Source: an uncultured Clostridia bacterium | GTDB taxonomy: Bacteria; Bacillota; Clostridia; Christensenellales; UBA1242 | Reading direction: 5' to 3' | DNA: 64,000 bases | Assembly (NCBI GenBank): GCA_934771475.1 | Contig: CAKVMD010000005.1 | Coordinates: 1,328 to 65,327, forward strand | Part shown: positions 55,280 to 64,000 of the stretch, piece after piece | Position numbering within the stretch: position 1 is the first letter of the stretch | Layout: every line of letters begins with the position of its first letter | Notes under the pieces: model-generated | What the model was told of the DNA's origin: nothing | Seen by the model: the letters and a program-made list of their open reading frames with translations, nothing else | Databases searched by the model: none | Position numbers and translations under genes: made by a program

Positions 55280-56317
55280 ATGATGTCATTGTTAAACGCA
55301 CTATCTACTGCGCAAATCACATTAATTTCAGTTTTTGGAGGCATAGCACTCCTAGGAATTATCTATTTATGTTTTGTTCCTCTTAAAACATACTTTATGG
55401 TTGTTTTTTCAGGTTGTTATATCTCAACGGCAAAACTTATTGGGCTTAAAAGCAGAAAATTAGATGTCAAAGAAATTGCACTTTTGTATGTTTCTGCCCG
55501 CAAAGCAAAAATAAAGATTACACTTAAAGATATTGAAAAGGCATATCAATCGGGTGCTAACCTTAAAGCCATCATCGAAGCAATAACTCTTCTTGACTCG
55601 GCAAACAAACCACTTGACTATGACAAGGCAGTTGCAGTTGAAATGGCAACAAAAAATATTGTAGAACTTGCAAAAGATAGCCTTGTAAGCAAAGCGTTAA
55701 ATATTGAAGGCATAACTGCAACGACAATAGACGGATATGAAATAAGCGCAAGCGTTAATATTTCTATCAAAGCCGACCTTGAAAAGTTTGCAAATGGGCT
55801 GGGGCTTGACGACCTTAAAAATGCTATTTCTGCTTATGTTATTGATAAGATTTCTTCAACTGAAAACCATAAAGAACTTCTTGCAAAACCAAACGAAACA
55901 TTATTTGAAAATGTGGATTTAAATGCCATTGCTCAAAAATCAATGTTTTCACTTGAAGATATCCAAATAGGTTCAATTTCAATAATTAAAGATTTAAATG
56001 CTGAAAAAGAGATAAAATCAGCCGAAAAAGAGAAAATTTATGCTTCTATTGAGGCTGACCGAATGAAAAACGCTGAGGAAATTCGATTAATTCAAACCAA
56101 GACCAAAATTGAAGATATGAAGGCGAGTGTTCTTGAAGCAGAGGCAGAGGTGCCACGCGCGCTTTCAGAGGCAATTAAAGAGGGAAGATTCTCAGTTATG
56201 GATTATTACAAACTTATGAATCTTCAAGCTGACACCGCTCTTAGAAGAGCAATCATTGGGGATAACGACGAAGAAGATAATGATGATAGTGATGATGAAG
56301 ACGGCGAAGGAGAATAA
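55280..56317 (+). CDS. floA: Flotillin-like protein FloA (YqfA/UPF0365) with an acidic tail
   Basis: An N-terminal TM is followed by ...LIGLKSRKL......L.Y..A.KA.I, AEAEVP.ALSEA...G...VMDYY and related segments that align by eye to B. subtilis YqfA. ATG 55280 follows ggaggtg. Confidence 0.85.
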   Translation: MMSLLNALSTAQITLISVFGGIALLGIIYLCFVPLKTYFMVVFSGCYISTAKLIGLKSRKLDVKEIALLYVSARKAKIKITLKDIEKAYQSGANLKAIIEAITLLDSANKPLDYDKAVAVEMATKNIVELAKDSLVSKALNIEGITATTIDGYEISASVNISIKADLEKFANGLGLDDLKNAISAYVIDKISSTENHKELLAKPNETLFENVDLNAIAQKSMFSLEDIQIGSISIIKDLNAEKEIKSAEKEKIYASIEADRMKNAEEIRLIQTKTKIEDMKASVLEAEAEVPRALSEAIKEGRFSVMDYYKLMNLQADTALRRAIIGDNDEEDNDDSDDEDGEGE

Positions 56318-56319
56318 TT

Positions 56320-56880
56320 ATGTTAACAATTATTTTATCGGTTGCTGGCGGAATTGTGGCGTTTATCATTCTTTGTATCGTTATTGCAACAATTCATGGT
56401 AAAAAGAAAGAGCTCGCGTTAGACGAAAACATCAAAAAACTTAAAGCCGAAAAAGAAAGTCTTAAAGATTCTGGTTCACTTACTATTGCAAGTGATGAAG
56501 CGCCAGCGCAGACGGAAACCCCAGAGGGAGCAACCATTGAAAGCATCAACATAGAAGATAATGAAAGCGCCAAATCAAATGAAGTAAAAAATGAAGAAGA
56601 CAATATGCAAACAGCACATTTAAATCATGATGATATGTTTAACATTGCAGATGACAAAGCGCTCGAAGACTTTTTAAAAGATTTAGATGATGATTTTGAT
56701 TATAAGCCTAAAAAGACGACCAAAAAGAAAAAAAATACAGATGAATTTGAAAAATTCCTTGATAAACATTCATACACAAGAAGAATTTTAGATAAAGATA
56801 TTTTAAAGAAATTGCAAGAACTTCCACCTGAAATAAAAGCAATCGTAATTTCAAACATATTTACTAGGCCACAAGATTAA
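56320..56880 (+). CDS. Hypothetical single-TM protein with an acidic linker (YqfB position)
   Basis: 186 aa with N-terminal TM ILSVAGGIVAFIILCIVIATI. It directly follows floA with a 2-nt gap. Confidence 0.55.
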   Translation: MLTIILSVAGGIVAFIILCIVIATIHGKKKELALDENIKKLKAEKESLKDSGSLTIASDEAPAQTETPEGATIESINIEDNESAKSNEVKNEEDNMQTAHLNHDDMFNIADDKALEDFLKDLDDDFDYKPKKTTKKKKNTDEFEKFLDKHSYTRRILDKDILKKLQELPPEIKAIVISNIFTRPQD

Positions 56881-57108
56881 AAGAGGACAGCTTAAAGCCC
56901 TCTTTTTTTGTGCACACGGTTTTTTGGTTGATTTTTAATTTTAAAAGGTGTAACTCTACTTAGTTTATTTTGCAAACATATTGATTTTTTATTGTAAATC
57001 TATATTGCTCTATTAAAATTGTTTCTTCATCAAATGTCAAAGGTTAAGGCAATTAAGTTTTTGAAATTTTTTTTGAAAATTAAACATATATTATTGCGTT
57101 GGAGGAGT

Positions 57109-57366
57109 ATGTTTAATTTCTTAGAAGAAATCAAAAAGAAAGCGCGAAAAAGTAAACTTGCAACCGACTACAATGTTATTCTTGTTTCGGGGCGACTTTT
57201 GTATATAGAAGGACATCAGGGACTTACAATCATAAGCCCTACTTTAATGGCACTTAAAGTCAAAGGTTCAAGGATTGAAGTTGCAGGGCAGGAATTAAGC
57301 ATAACTGAATTGACTGAGAATACTCTCCTTATTGAAGGGTACATCAACGAGGTGCGAAGAGGGTGA
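57109..57366 (+). CDS. yqfC: Sporulation protein YqfC
   Basis: 85 aa with the pattern ...VILVSGRLLYIEGHQGLTII....M.LKV.GSRIEV.G..L.I.EL. ATG 57109 follows ggaggag. It is followed by yqfD. Confidence 0.8.
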   Translation: MFNFLEEIKKKARKSKLATDYNVILVSGRLLYIEGHQGLTIISPTLMALKVKGSRIEVAGQELSITELTENTLLIEGYINEVRRG

Positions 57367-58478
57367 ATAGAAGTCAATTTACAGTGAAAGGTTTAAACCA
57401 AGAGAAAGCGTTTAACAATCTTTCAAAAGAAATAAAAGTGTACAAAATAAAACGCTCCGAATACAATTTGTCCACATTTGAAGTGGATAGCAAGAACGAG
57501 AAAAAAGCAACTTCTATCCTTTCGTCAATGGGACTTGAAGTGTCGGTCGTTGGACGCAAAGGATTTACTAAAAAGATAAAGACTTTTTTTTCTTTTTACG
57601 GAATTATTTGCGGACTTATTATATCAATCTTTTTTTATATTTTGCAGTATAACTTTATCCTAAAAATCGAGGTTTGGGGAAGCAAAAATCTTTCGGCAAG
57701 CGAGGTTAAAGATTATGCCGACAGTCTCCTTGGTAGCCATTTTAAGTCCAAAATAGACACAAAAGAAATAGAGAATAAAATCAAAGATAAATTTCACCTT
57801 GCTAGCAGTGTAAGCGTTGCGATTGTCGGACAAACACTTATTATTAATCTTAACGAAGGCATTTTGCCACCAGAAATGGAGGAAGAGTTTTTGCCTATTG
57901 TAAGCGAAGAAGAGGGGCTTGTTACCGCCATCACGCTAGTTCAAGGTACACTGAATGTCAAAGTGGGCGACATAGTTAAAAAGGGAGATGTTTTAGTTTT
58001 TCCATACATTATAGACGCCGATGGAAATGAAAGAAAAGTTAAACCGCAGGCGCAAATAGAGGCCGAAGTGTGGCTACGGAAAGAGTATTGCCATAAAGAT
58101 TATGTTGTAAAATCGCAACGCACTGGGCAAAAAGCAGTTTGTAATAGAATTCTTCTTAATGGCAAGGAAATATACAAATATGAAAGTAAAACACAATTTG
58201 ATTGTTATGAGGAGGAAACAACTTGTCAAAATTTAATTTTAAACAATCTTCTTCCGTTTAAATTTGAGCGAACCACGCGCTACGAACTCGAAACAGTCGA
58301 GATAAGCAAACCTTTTGAAGAAAATAAAGATGAAATTGTAAGTTTAGCACGCCAAAATGTATTGATTTTTTTGCAAAAAAATGAGATAATTAAGGAGGAA
58401 AAGTATTTCGTGCGAGAGGGTGGCGGATGTTATTTTATTGATTACATTATCACCACTTGCCGAGACATTGGAGGATAA
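57363..58478 (+). CDS. yqfD: Sporulation protein YqfD (stage IV)
   Basis: 371 aa with one TM near residue 80. The yqfC-yqfD-ybeY-era synteny is conserved. The GTG start overlaps the yqfC stop. Confidence 0.8.
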   Translation: MNRSQFTVKGLNQEKAFNNLSKEIKVYKIKRSEYNLSTFEVDSKNEKKATSILSSMGLEVSVVGRKGFTKKIKTFFSFYGIICGLIISIFFYILQYNFILKIEVWGSKNLSASEVKDYADSLLGSHFKSKIDTKEIENKIKDKFHLASSVSVAIVGQTLIINLNEGILPPEMEEEFLPIVSEEEGLVTAITLVQGTLNVKVGDIVKKGDVLVFPYIIDADGNERKVKPQAQIEAEVWLRKEYCHKDYVVKSQRTGQKAVCNRILLNGKEIYKYESKTQFDCYEEETTCQNLILNNLLPFKFERTTRYELETVEISKPFEENKDEIVSLARQNVLIFLQKNEIIKEEKYFVREGGGCYFIDYIITTCRDIGG

Positions 58479-58961
58479 ATGATAATCAATTTCAATAAAG
58501 TGCATTTGGGCAAGAGAAATTTAATTCGCAAAATCTACAATAAGGCGCTGGAAGAGACAAAAAATGATGATATGAATATAGTTGTAAGCGTAACTTTTGT
58601 AAATGAAGAGAAAATAAGGGAACTTAACAAAATCAGTAGAAATGTTGATAGAGTAACAGATGTTTTGTCTTTTCCTATGCTTGATATAAAATATCCACAA
58701 AAAGTGAACTCGTTTTCAGATGAGGTGAACCCGGACGGGACTTTATATCTTGGAGATGTTGTGATATGCACGAAACGCGCAAAAGAGCAGGCGAAAGAGT
58801 ATGGGCACAGTTTCAAAAGAGAAATTGGGTTTTTGGCTTTGCACGGATTATTGCACATTTTGGGATATGATCACATTGAAAAGGAAGATGAAGAAATCAT
58901 GTTTTCGACAGCAGATAAAATCTTAAACAGCGTTGGTTTGAAAAGAGGTAAAAATGTTTAG
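58479..58961 (+). CDS. ybeY: rRNA maturation endoribonuclease YbeY
   Basis: Zinc motif HGLLHILGYDH. The length is 160 aa. Confidence 0.92.
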   Translation: MIINFNKVHLGKRNLIRKIYNKALEETKNDDMNIVVSVTFVNEEKIRELNKISRNVDRVTDVLSFPMLDIKYPQKVNSFSDEVNPDGTLYLGDVVICTKRAKEQAKEYGHSFKREIGFLALHGLLHILGYDHIEKEDEEIMFSTADKILNSVGLKRGKNV

Positions 58962-59790
58962 GGCTGGATTTATAGCATTGGTTGGGAAACCAAATGCGGG
59001 GAAAAGTACTTTAATAAATGCTCTTGTTGGCGAAAAAGTTGCGATAATATCTCCAAAACCTCAAACCACAAGAGATAACATTCTTGGTATTTTAACCACC
59101 GATGACTATCAAATGGTTTTTGTTGATACGCCTGGGGTGCATAAAACCAAAAATTCTCTTGACAAGGCGATGATGAAAAATGTTCGCAGTGCAATCGCTG
59201 GGGTAGACCTCGTTTTGTATTTAATTGACGGCACAAGTCAGCCAGACGAAGAAGAATTGGCTTATATCGAAAATTTGTCAGTTCCAAAACTGGTGGTTAA
59301 AACCAAAACAGACTTGCCTAGTCAAGCAGAATTTAATTTTGATGCTAGTTTGTCGGCTTTTAATGGCGAAAATTTAGACCTTTTAAAAGAAAAGATATTG
59401 TCGTTTCTGCCAGTTTATGAAGATAAACATTATCTTTACGATCCGGAGTTTTATACAGATAAGTCGTTAAAATTTTTGATTGCTGAGGAGCTTCGAGAAA
59501 AAGCACTTTTATCACTTCATCAAGAGGTTCCACATGGCATTGCGGTAGAAATAATTAGGTTTTATGAAGACGAAAAATTAGTTGAGATAGATGCAGATAT
59601 AGTCTGTGAAAATGAACGCCATAAAGGCATGATTATCGGCAAGGGTGGCATTAATTTGAAAGACATGGGAGCAAAGACGCGCAAATTCGCGGAAGAACTT
59701 TTAGGTAAAAAGGTTATGCTAAAAATATTTGTTAAAGTAGAAACTGATTGGAGAAATAAACCTCAAAAAGTAAAAAATTTGGGTTATTGA
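58954..59790 (+). CDS. era: GTPase Era
   Basis: G1 GKPNAGKST, G3 DTPG, and a KH domain (IIGKGG..LK). Confidence 0.93.
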   Translation: MFRAGFIALVGKPNAGKSTLINALVGEKVAIISPKPQTTRDNILGILTTDDYQMVFVDTPGVHKTKNSLDKAMMKNVRSAIAGVDLVLYLIDGTSQPDEEELAYIENLSVPKLVVKTKTDLPSQAEFNFDASLSAFNGENLDLLKEKILSFLPVYEDKHYLYDPEFYTDKSLKFLIAEELREKALLSLHQEVPHGIAVEIIRFYEDEKLVEIDADIVCENERHKGMIIGKGGINLKDMGAKTRKFAEELLGKKVMLKIFVKVETDWRNKPQKVKNLGY

Positions 59791-59803
59791 TATTAAAAAA
59801 TAT

Positions 59804-59832
59804 AAAAAACGCATTTTTAAATGCGTTTTTTG
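59804..59832. terminator. Terminator between era and the convergent murB
   Basis: aaaaaacgcattt/aaatgcgtttttt palindrome with flanking A and T runs. Confidence 0.75.
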
Positions 59833-59898
59833 TGTATTTATGATTAAAAATTTTAAAAATATTGTCGAATTTAATTAATAATTTAAAATTAACAAATT

Positions 59899-60765
59899 TT
59901 AAATTATTTCGACCTCTCTTTCCAGTTTTATATTAAATTTTTCGTACACGCAGTTTTCGCACAGCATTATTAAGTCGTAAATATCTTGGAAACTCGCATC
60001 GCGTTGGTTCATTATAAAATTTGCATGCTTATTTGAAATCACTGCGCCATTTTTTGAGATGCCTTTAAGTCCGCATTGCTCAATAAGCCACCCAGCGCTT
60101 TTTTTAGGTGGATTTTTGAATACGCTCCCACAACATTTGCCGGAAGGTTGTCGAGAAAGACGGTCATCTACAAGCATGGTATGTTTCTTTAATATTTCGC
60201 ATTTTGGCGTTTTGGTTAATATTATTGAGCCACCTAAAATAAGTACATCTTTGAGGTTTGTTTTGTGATAACCATACTTGACTTGCTCTTTTTTTATCGC
60301 CAGAACTTTTCCATTTTGTAGAATTTTTATTTTGTCAAGTATGTCAAATATGCATTTACCATACGCGCCAGCATTCATTTTTATAAGCCCGCCCAGCGTC
60401 CCGGGAATGCAAGAAAGTTCTTCAAGTCCGCCCAGAGACTTTTCGTAGCAACGGCGGTAGAGAATTGGCATCGCAACTGCCGAAGAAAAGTACACCTTTT
60501 CACCTTTAAAATTAATTTTATTTTCCATTAATTTCGTTGAAAGCACAAAAATTTCTTCACTTTTGGGAGAAAAAAGCAAATTACTGCCATTTCCTACTAT
60601 TTTAAAAGGAATATCGTTTATTTTGAGATAATTGTAAGTGGCTATAAGTTCTTGCTCGTTTTTGGGATAAAAAGCCCCTTTAACCTTCCCCTCTGTTCCA
60701 TAAAAGCTAAGCCTGCGCGTGCTTTCGTTTGCGACAAAATGAACTGAATTTAAAATATTATCCAT
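59899..60765 (-). CDS. murB: UDP-N-acetylenolpyruvoylglucosamine reductase
   Basis: 288 aa with an FAD-binding domain (GNGSNLL), plus ...GSVFKNP and AGWLIEQCGLKG. Confidence 0.92.
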   Translation of the reverse strand: MDNILNSVHFVANESTRRLSFYGTEGKVKGAFYPKNEQELIATYNYLKINDIPFKIVGNGSNLLFSPKSEEIFVLSTKLMENKINFKGEKVYFSSAVAMPILYRRCYEKSLGGLEELSCIPGTLGGLIKMNAGAYGKCIFDILDKIKILQNGKVLAIKKEQVKYGYHKTNLKDVLILGGSIILTKTPKCEILKKHTMLVDDRLSRQPSGKCCGSVFKNPPKKSAGWLIEQCGLKGISKNGAVISNKHANFIMNQRDASFQDIYDLIMLCENCVYEKFNIKLEREVEII

Positions 60766-60833
60766 GTTAATTAATATGATTTAATTTTACTTTTGTTGAA
60801 AGCAAACTTTAAACTGAAAGCATATACAATAAC

Positions 60834-62186
60834 ATGGAAAATTCGAAAAAAGTTTACATAATTGGAATTGGTGGAATAAGTTTGTCCGCGCTTGCGGTTC
60901 TTTTAAGGGATAGGGGCGCGCTTGTAAAAGGAAGCGACCTTACAGATGGAGAAAGGGTAGAAGCGTTAAGAAAAAAGGGGTTTGATGTTGTGGTCGGTCA
61001 TAGCAATGAGTTTGTTTCTTGGGCTGATGAAATTATTATTTCTTCCGCTGTGCCAGACCGAGACGAAGATTTGGTTTTTGCTAGAAAGCTGGGTAAAAAG
61101 ATTGTTACTCGCGCAGAGGTGTTGGGGGACTTGTCCAGAAAATACAAAACCATATCTGTGGCGGGGTGCCACGGAAAAACAACCACAACTGGAATGATTG
61201 CTTCTGTTATGCTAGGTATTGACAAAAAACCGAGCATACATATCGGTGGGCTTATGTCTCAACTTCACGACAATGTGTTTGAGGGGCAAAGCGAATATTT
61301 TATTACTGAGGCTTGTGAATATAAGGATAGTTTCCTCAAACTTTCAAGCGAGGTTGGCGTAATCTTAAATATTAAACCTGACCACTTAGATTATTTTAAA
61401 ACTTTTGATAATGTCAAAAAGAGTTTTTATAAGTTTGCCCAGAATATTAACAATGGCGGGACTTTGGTCGTAAATGGAGACGATATTTCTTGCAAAGAAA
61501 TGATTAATTCATTTCCTAGCCAACGCAAAATAGTAACCTTTGGTATGGGGGAGAATTGCGATTTTAAAGCAACTAGTGTAGAAGAATACCGCGCGGGTCA
61601 GTATAAATTTTGTTGTGAGACAAATTATGGATGCATTAAAATAGAACTTCCCGTTTATGGTTTTCATAACATTTATAACGCTCTTGCCACGATTGCTGCG
61701 TGTATCAGCGTTGGCGTCAGCATAGATAAAATAAAAAGTGGGATTGAGAATTTTAAAGGAATATCTCGTCGTTTTGAGAAGGTGTATGAAGATGACAACA
61801 AAACAATAATTCATGATTATGCGCACCATCCCGATGAGATAAAAGTGGCTATCGAAGCGGGGAGAAAATTAAAGAAAGAAAAACTGGTGGTTGTTTTTCA
61901 GCCCCATACTTTTTCGCGCACACGGGATTTTTTTGATGGTTTTTGTAACAGCCTATCTTTGGCTGATGAAGTGTGGCTTTTGCCAATTTATCCTGCAAGA
62001 GAAAAACCGATAATTGGGGTTTCTTCTTATAAAATTTACGAAAAAATCAAAGAAAAAAGCAAAAAAACGCGATATTTTGCGAACTTTTCCACGGTTTATG
62101 ATAAAATAAGCTCATTAAAAGATAATTGCTTGATATTAATTCTTGGCGCGGGAGATATAGAACAACTCGCCAGAATGTTCGAATAA
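60834..62186 (+). CDS. murC: UDP-N-acetylmuramate--L-alanine ligase
   Basis: Motifs IGIGGISLSALA, VAGCHGKTTTT and DYAHHP are present. The length is 450 aa. Confidence 0.93.
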   Translation: MENSKKVYIIGIGGISLSALAVLLRDRGALVKGSDLTDGERVEALRKKGFDVVVGHSNEFVSWADEIIISSAVPDRDEDLVFARKLGKKIVTRAEVLGDLSRKYKTISVAGCHGKTTTTGMIASVMLGIDKKPSIHIGGLMSQLHDNVFEGQSEYFITEACEYKDSFLKLSSEVGVILNIKPDHLDYFKTFDNVKKSFYKFAQNINNGGTLVVNGDDISCKEMINSFPSQRKIVTFGMGENCDFKATSVEEYRAGQYKFCCETNYGCIKIELPVYGFHNIYNALATIAACISVGVSIDKIKSGIENFKGISRRFEKVYEDDNKTIIHDYAHHPDEIKVAIEAGRKLKKEKLVVVFQPHTFSRTRDFFDGFCNSLSLADEVWLLPIYPAREKPIIGVSSYKIYEKIKEKSKKTRYFANFSTVYDKISSLKDNCLILILGAGDIEQLARMFE

Positions 62187-62256
62187 TAAACGCGGGAATG
62201 TGGAAACTTTAAAAGATTTTGTTTAATAATTTATTTTACTCAAATTATCTATATAC

Positions 62257-62285
62257 TTGACAAATAATTATCATCTTGCTATACT
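62257..62285 (+). promoter_or_regulatory. Consensus sigma-A promoter upstream of the tRNA-Thr locus
   Basis: TTGACA (62257-62), a 17-nt spacer, then TGcTATACT (62277-85). There is no ORF downstream, and the tRNA fragment starts about 240 nt later. Confidence 0.55.
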
Positions 62286-62525
62286 CTATCTGTAATCTTT
62301 AATGGTAGGGTGTTTTTCTTAAAGTATATATAATTTTGCTGATTAATCCAGGCACAAATGCAAATAACAAACCAGAATGCTTTTTGTAGAGAGATTTAAA
62401 ATTGCGCTAACAAATCATAAAGCACAATGATTATTATTGGTCTTTAATTAACATCATTAACTTTGCGAAAAACAATACTGAACAAATAAAGATACAAAAC
62501 AAAAATCGTAAAACATTTGCTTCGT

Positions 62526-62564
62526 GCTGGTGTGGCTCAGCGGTAGAGCACCACCTTGGTAAGG
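62526..62564 (+). pseudogene. 5' half of a canonical tRNA-Thr(GGU), broken just after the anticodon loop
   Basis: It retains the acceptor GCTGGTG, the D-arm GCTCAGCGGTAGAGC, and the anticodon stem-loop CCACC-TTGGTAA-GG. The sequence then diverges into AT-rich non-tRNA DNA, and no T-arm is present. Confidence 0.7.
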
Positions 62565-62622
62565 AATTTTTGGACAAAAATTACAACTTAATAACATCAA
62601 AATTTATGGAGCAACAAATTAT

Positions 62623-62697
62623 GCTGGTATGGCTTAATGGGAAAGCGCGGCCTTGGTAAGGCCGAGAGAGCGGGTCCGATCCCCGCTACCAGCTCCA
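62623..62697 (+). tRNA. tRNA-Thr (anticodon GGU) with encoded CCA and an atypical T-loop
   Basis: It folds as a cloverleaf by hand: acceptor GCTGGTA/TACCAGC, D-arm GCTT-AATGGGA-AAGC, anticodon arm CGGCC-TTGGTAA-GGCCG, and T-arm GCGGG-TCCGATC-CCCGC (TCC instead of TTC). The 3' end is T-CCA. Confidence 0.75.
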
Positions 62698-62703
62698 GAT
62701 ACA

Positions 62704-62757
62704 AAAACCCTTTATTTATCGGCATTTCAGCCATATTTAAGGGTTTTATTTTTTTGC
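62704..62757 (+). terminator. Probable terminator after the tRNA
   Basis: aaaaccctt...aagggtttt stem with a 25-nt loop, followed by a T-run. Confidence 0.45.
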
Positions 62758-62916
62758 AAATTTTCTAAAATTTTAATAAATTTTATGGAGCAAAATCTAT
62801 TTTTGGACTACGGAGTAAACAGGGCTTTTTTCTTCACTTAAAAAATTTTCAAAACTCCACATTGGCGAGTTTTGGCGAGTTAAAGCGGGTATCGTTGCTC
62901 TCATTTGCTCCATTGA

Positions 62917-63996
62917 TTACTTAAACGCATCTTGTATAATTTTTAGCATTTCATCATTGTAAATATTAACATTATTATAGATTTCAAGTGTGGTTTTAAC
63001 GGACTTATGTCCAAGCAGTAATTGTATAATTTTAGGATTTACTTTCTTTTCAAAAAGTAAAGTTGCAAATGTATGTCTAAAACTATGAAAATGAATATTA
63101 TAATTTTCATAGCCATATTTCTTATTAAATCTATCTAATAATCTTTTAGTGCCAGAATAACTACGCAATAAACTATCATTCCCAAATAACAAAGATTTTT
63201 GTGAGTATTTATGTTTATATCCTTGTATTATTTTCCATTCAATCAAGGCTTTAAACAATTCATCAATAATAGGAACAACCCTTAAACTGCATTGTGTTTT
63301 TGTTGTTCCTATTTTCTTTTTAGATAAAATGGTATTGCCATTTTTATCAAAAGTATAATCATTAACAAGAGATGAATTTACATAAATTGCTCTTTTATCT
63401 AAGTCTATATCATCCCATTTTAGCGATAATATCTCACCAATTCTTAATCCAGCATACAATCCAAGCACACATATTGTTTTCAATGGTAGATGATTGTTTA
63501 AATTTGCTATAAAACTTTGTCTTATTTCTATTGGTAAAGCCTTATATTTATTTTCACACTTTTCATAGGGATATTTGATATTATTTAAAATTATTGGATA
63601 TGTACCAATGTAATTATTTAGCACTAAAAATCTTGAAAATTGGTTTACTAAGAATTTTGTTTTCATAAACGAATTTTTAGATAACTGTTTATTTAATAAG
63701 TAGTTAAAATAAATTAGAATTGTATTGTTGTTTACCACATTTATGTATTTATTTTCAAAATAAGGTTTTATGTATAATCTATAAACGATTAAATTGCTAT
63801 AAAATGTGGATGAACTTACACATAATTTCTTGATATTCATGAGCCAATACAAAAACACTTCATTGAATAGAATTGTTTCTTTATCTTTTGCAGATAAACT
63901 ATTATCATCTCCATATTTTTCATAAAACTTTCTTATAGCTTCAATCTTAGTATTTGCTCGTGTTTTTACTCTCTTTTTTACTCCGTTAATGCTCAT
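62917..63996 (-). CDS. Tyrosine-type site-specific recombinase/integrase
   Basis: 359 aa. The C-terminal catalytic region is ...GLRIGEILSLKW.DID... HSFRHTFATLLF......IQ.LLGH.S...T..IY. The gene is markedly AT-rich relative to its neighbours. Confidence 0.9.
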   Translation of the reverse strand: MSINGVKKRVKTRANTKIEAIRKFYEKYGDDNSLSAKDKETILFNEVFLYWLMNIKKLCVSSSTFYSNLIVYRLYIKPYFENKYINVVNNNTILIYFNYLLNKQLSKNSFMKTKFLVNQFSRFLVLNNYIGTYPIILNNIKYPYEKCENKYKALPIEIRQSFIANLNNHLPLKTICVLGLYAGLRIGEILSLKWDDIDLDKRAIYVNSSLVNDYTFDKNGNTILSKKKIGTTKTQCSLRVVPIIDELFKALIEWKIIQGYKHKYSQKSLLFGNDSLLRSYSGTKRLLDRFNKKYGYENYNIHFHSFRHTFATLLFEKKVNPKIIQLLLGHKSVKTTLEIYNNVNIYNDEMLKIIQDAFK

Positions 63997-64000
63997 ACTT

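Larger units (their letters stand above)
62565..64000. mobile_element. Left end of an integrative element inserted in tRNA-Thr, extending beyond the window
   Basis: The evidence is the junction with the broken host tRNA at 62564/62565, an element-borne tRNA-Thr copy, the integrase, and a drop in GC content. Confidence 0.6.

Noticed and set aside
62653-62841. 62-aa ORF overlapping the tRNA-Thr 3' half
   Set aside because: It begins inside the tRNA, has no RBS, and runs through the tRNA terminator hairpin.
1-64000. Search for CRISPR arrays, rRNA genes, IS elements or transposase genes, and toxin-antitoxin pairs
   Set aside because: No regularly spaced repeat/spacer array, no rRNA-like sequence, and no transposase-like ORF or terminal inverted repeats were seen. 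The only recombinase is the integrase at 62917-63996.

Overview
This is a 64-kb chromosomal window from a low-GC, endospore-forming Firmicute, apparently Clostridia-like because spoIVA, yqfC and yqfD are present. Most of it is conserved housekeeping. The recognised blocks are tsaD (5' partial), a U32 peptidase, the CIRCE-controlled hrcA-grpE-dnaK-dnaJ operon, rsmE, a NitT/TauT-type ABC transporter, comEC-holA, der-plsY, spoIVA, pcrA-ligA, rpsL-rpsG-fusA-tuf, sepF-lspA-rluD, rplU-prp-rpmA, ogg, floA, yqfC-yqfD-ybeY-era, murB and murC. I saw no rRNA gene and no CRISPR array. Several accessory islets sit between these blocks. (1) At 14177-21517 there is a compact ten-gene phage-head operon: TerS-like fragment, Cys-rich protein, portal, scaffold, coat, three small or medium ORFs and two holin-like genes. 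It has no large terminase, tail, endolysin, integrase or repressor. A GC-rich structured non-coding stretch follows it at about 21617-21752. This is the most unusual system in the window. (2) Downstream of ligA (34286-37224) lies an islet with two paralogous 166/168-aa genes that have near-identical ends and divergent cores. They flank a two-TM protein that carries a perfect 21-bp in-frame duplication, and a trypsin-like protease follows. (3) A 1380-aa membrane-anchored surface protein converges on a TasA/camelysin-like gene, with an array of 16-17-bp tandem repeats between them. (4) At the right edge a tRNA-Thr 5' half broken in the anticodon loop is followed by a complete but atypical tRNA-Thr(GGU) and an AT-rich tyrosine integrase, marking an integrative element that runs off the window. 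Other oddities include a metallothionein-like CxC-rich N-terminal extension on GrpE, two small Cys-rich proteins, a long structured leader with an intrinsic terminator upstream of rpsL, an ankyrin-repeat gene next to a frameshifted ankyrin fragment, and a ComEC whose C-terminal nuclease-like domain lacks the His motif. All functional calls rest on my reading of the translated ORFs and sequence motifs. No database search was run.
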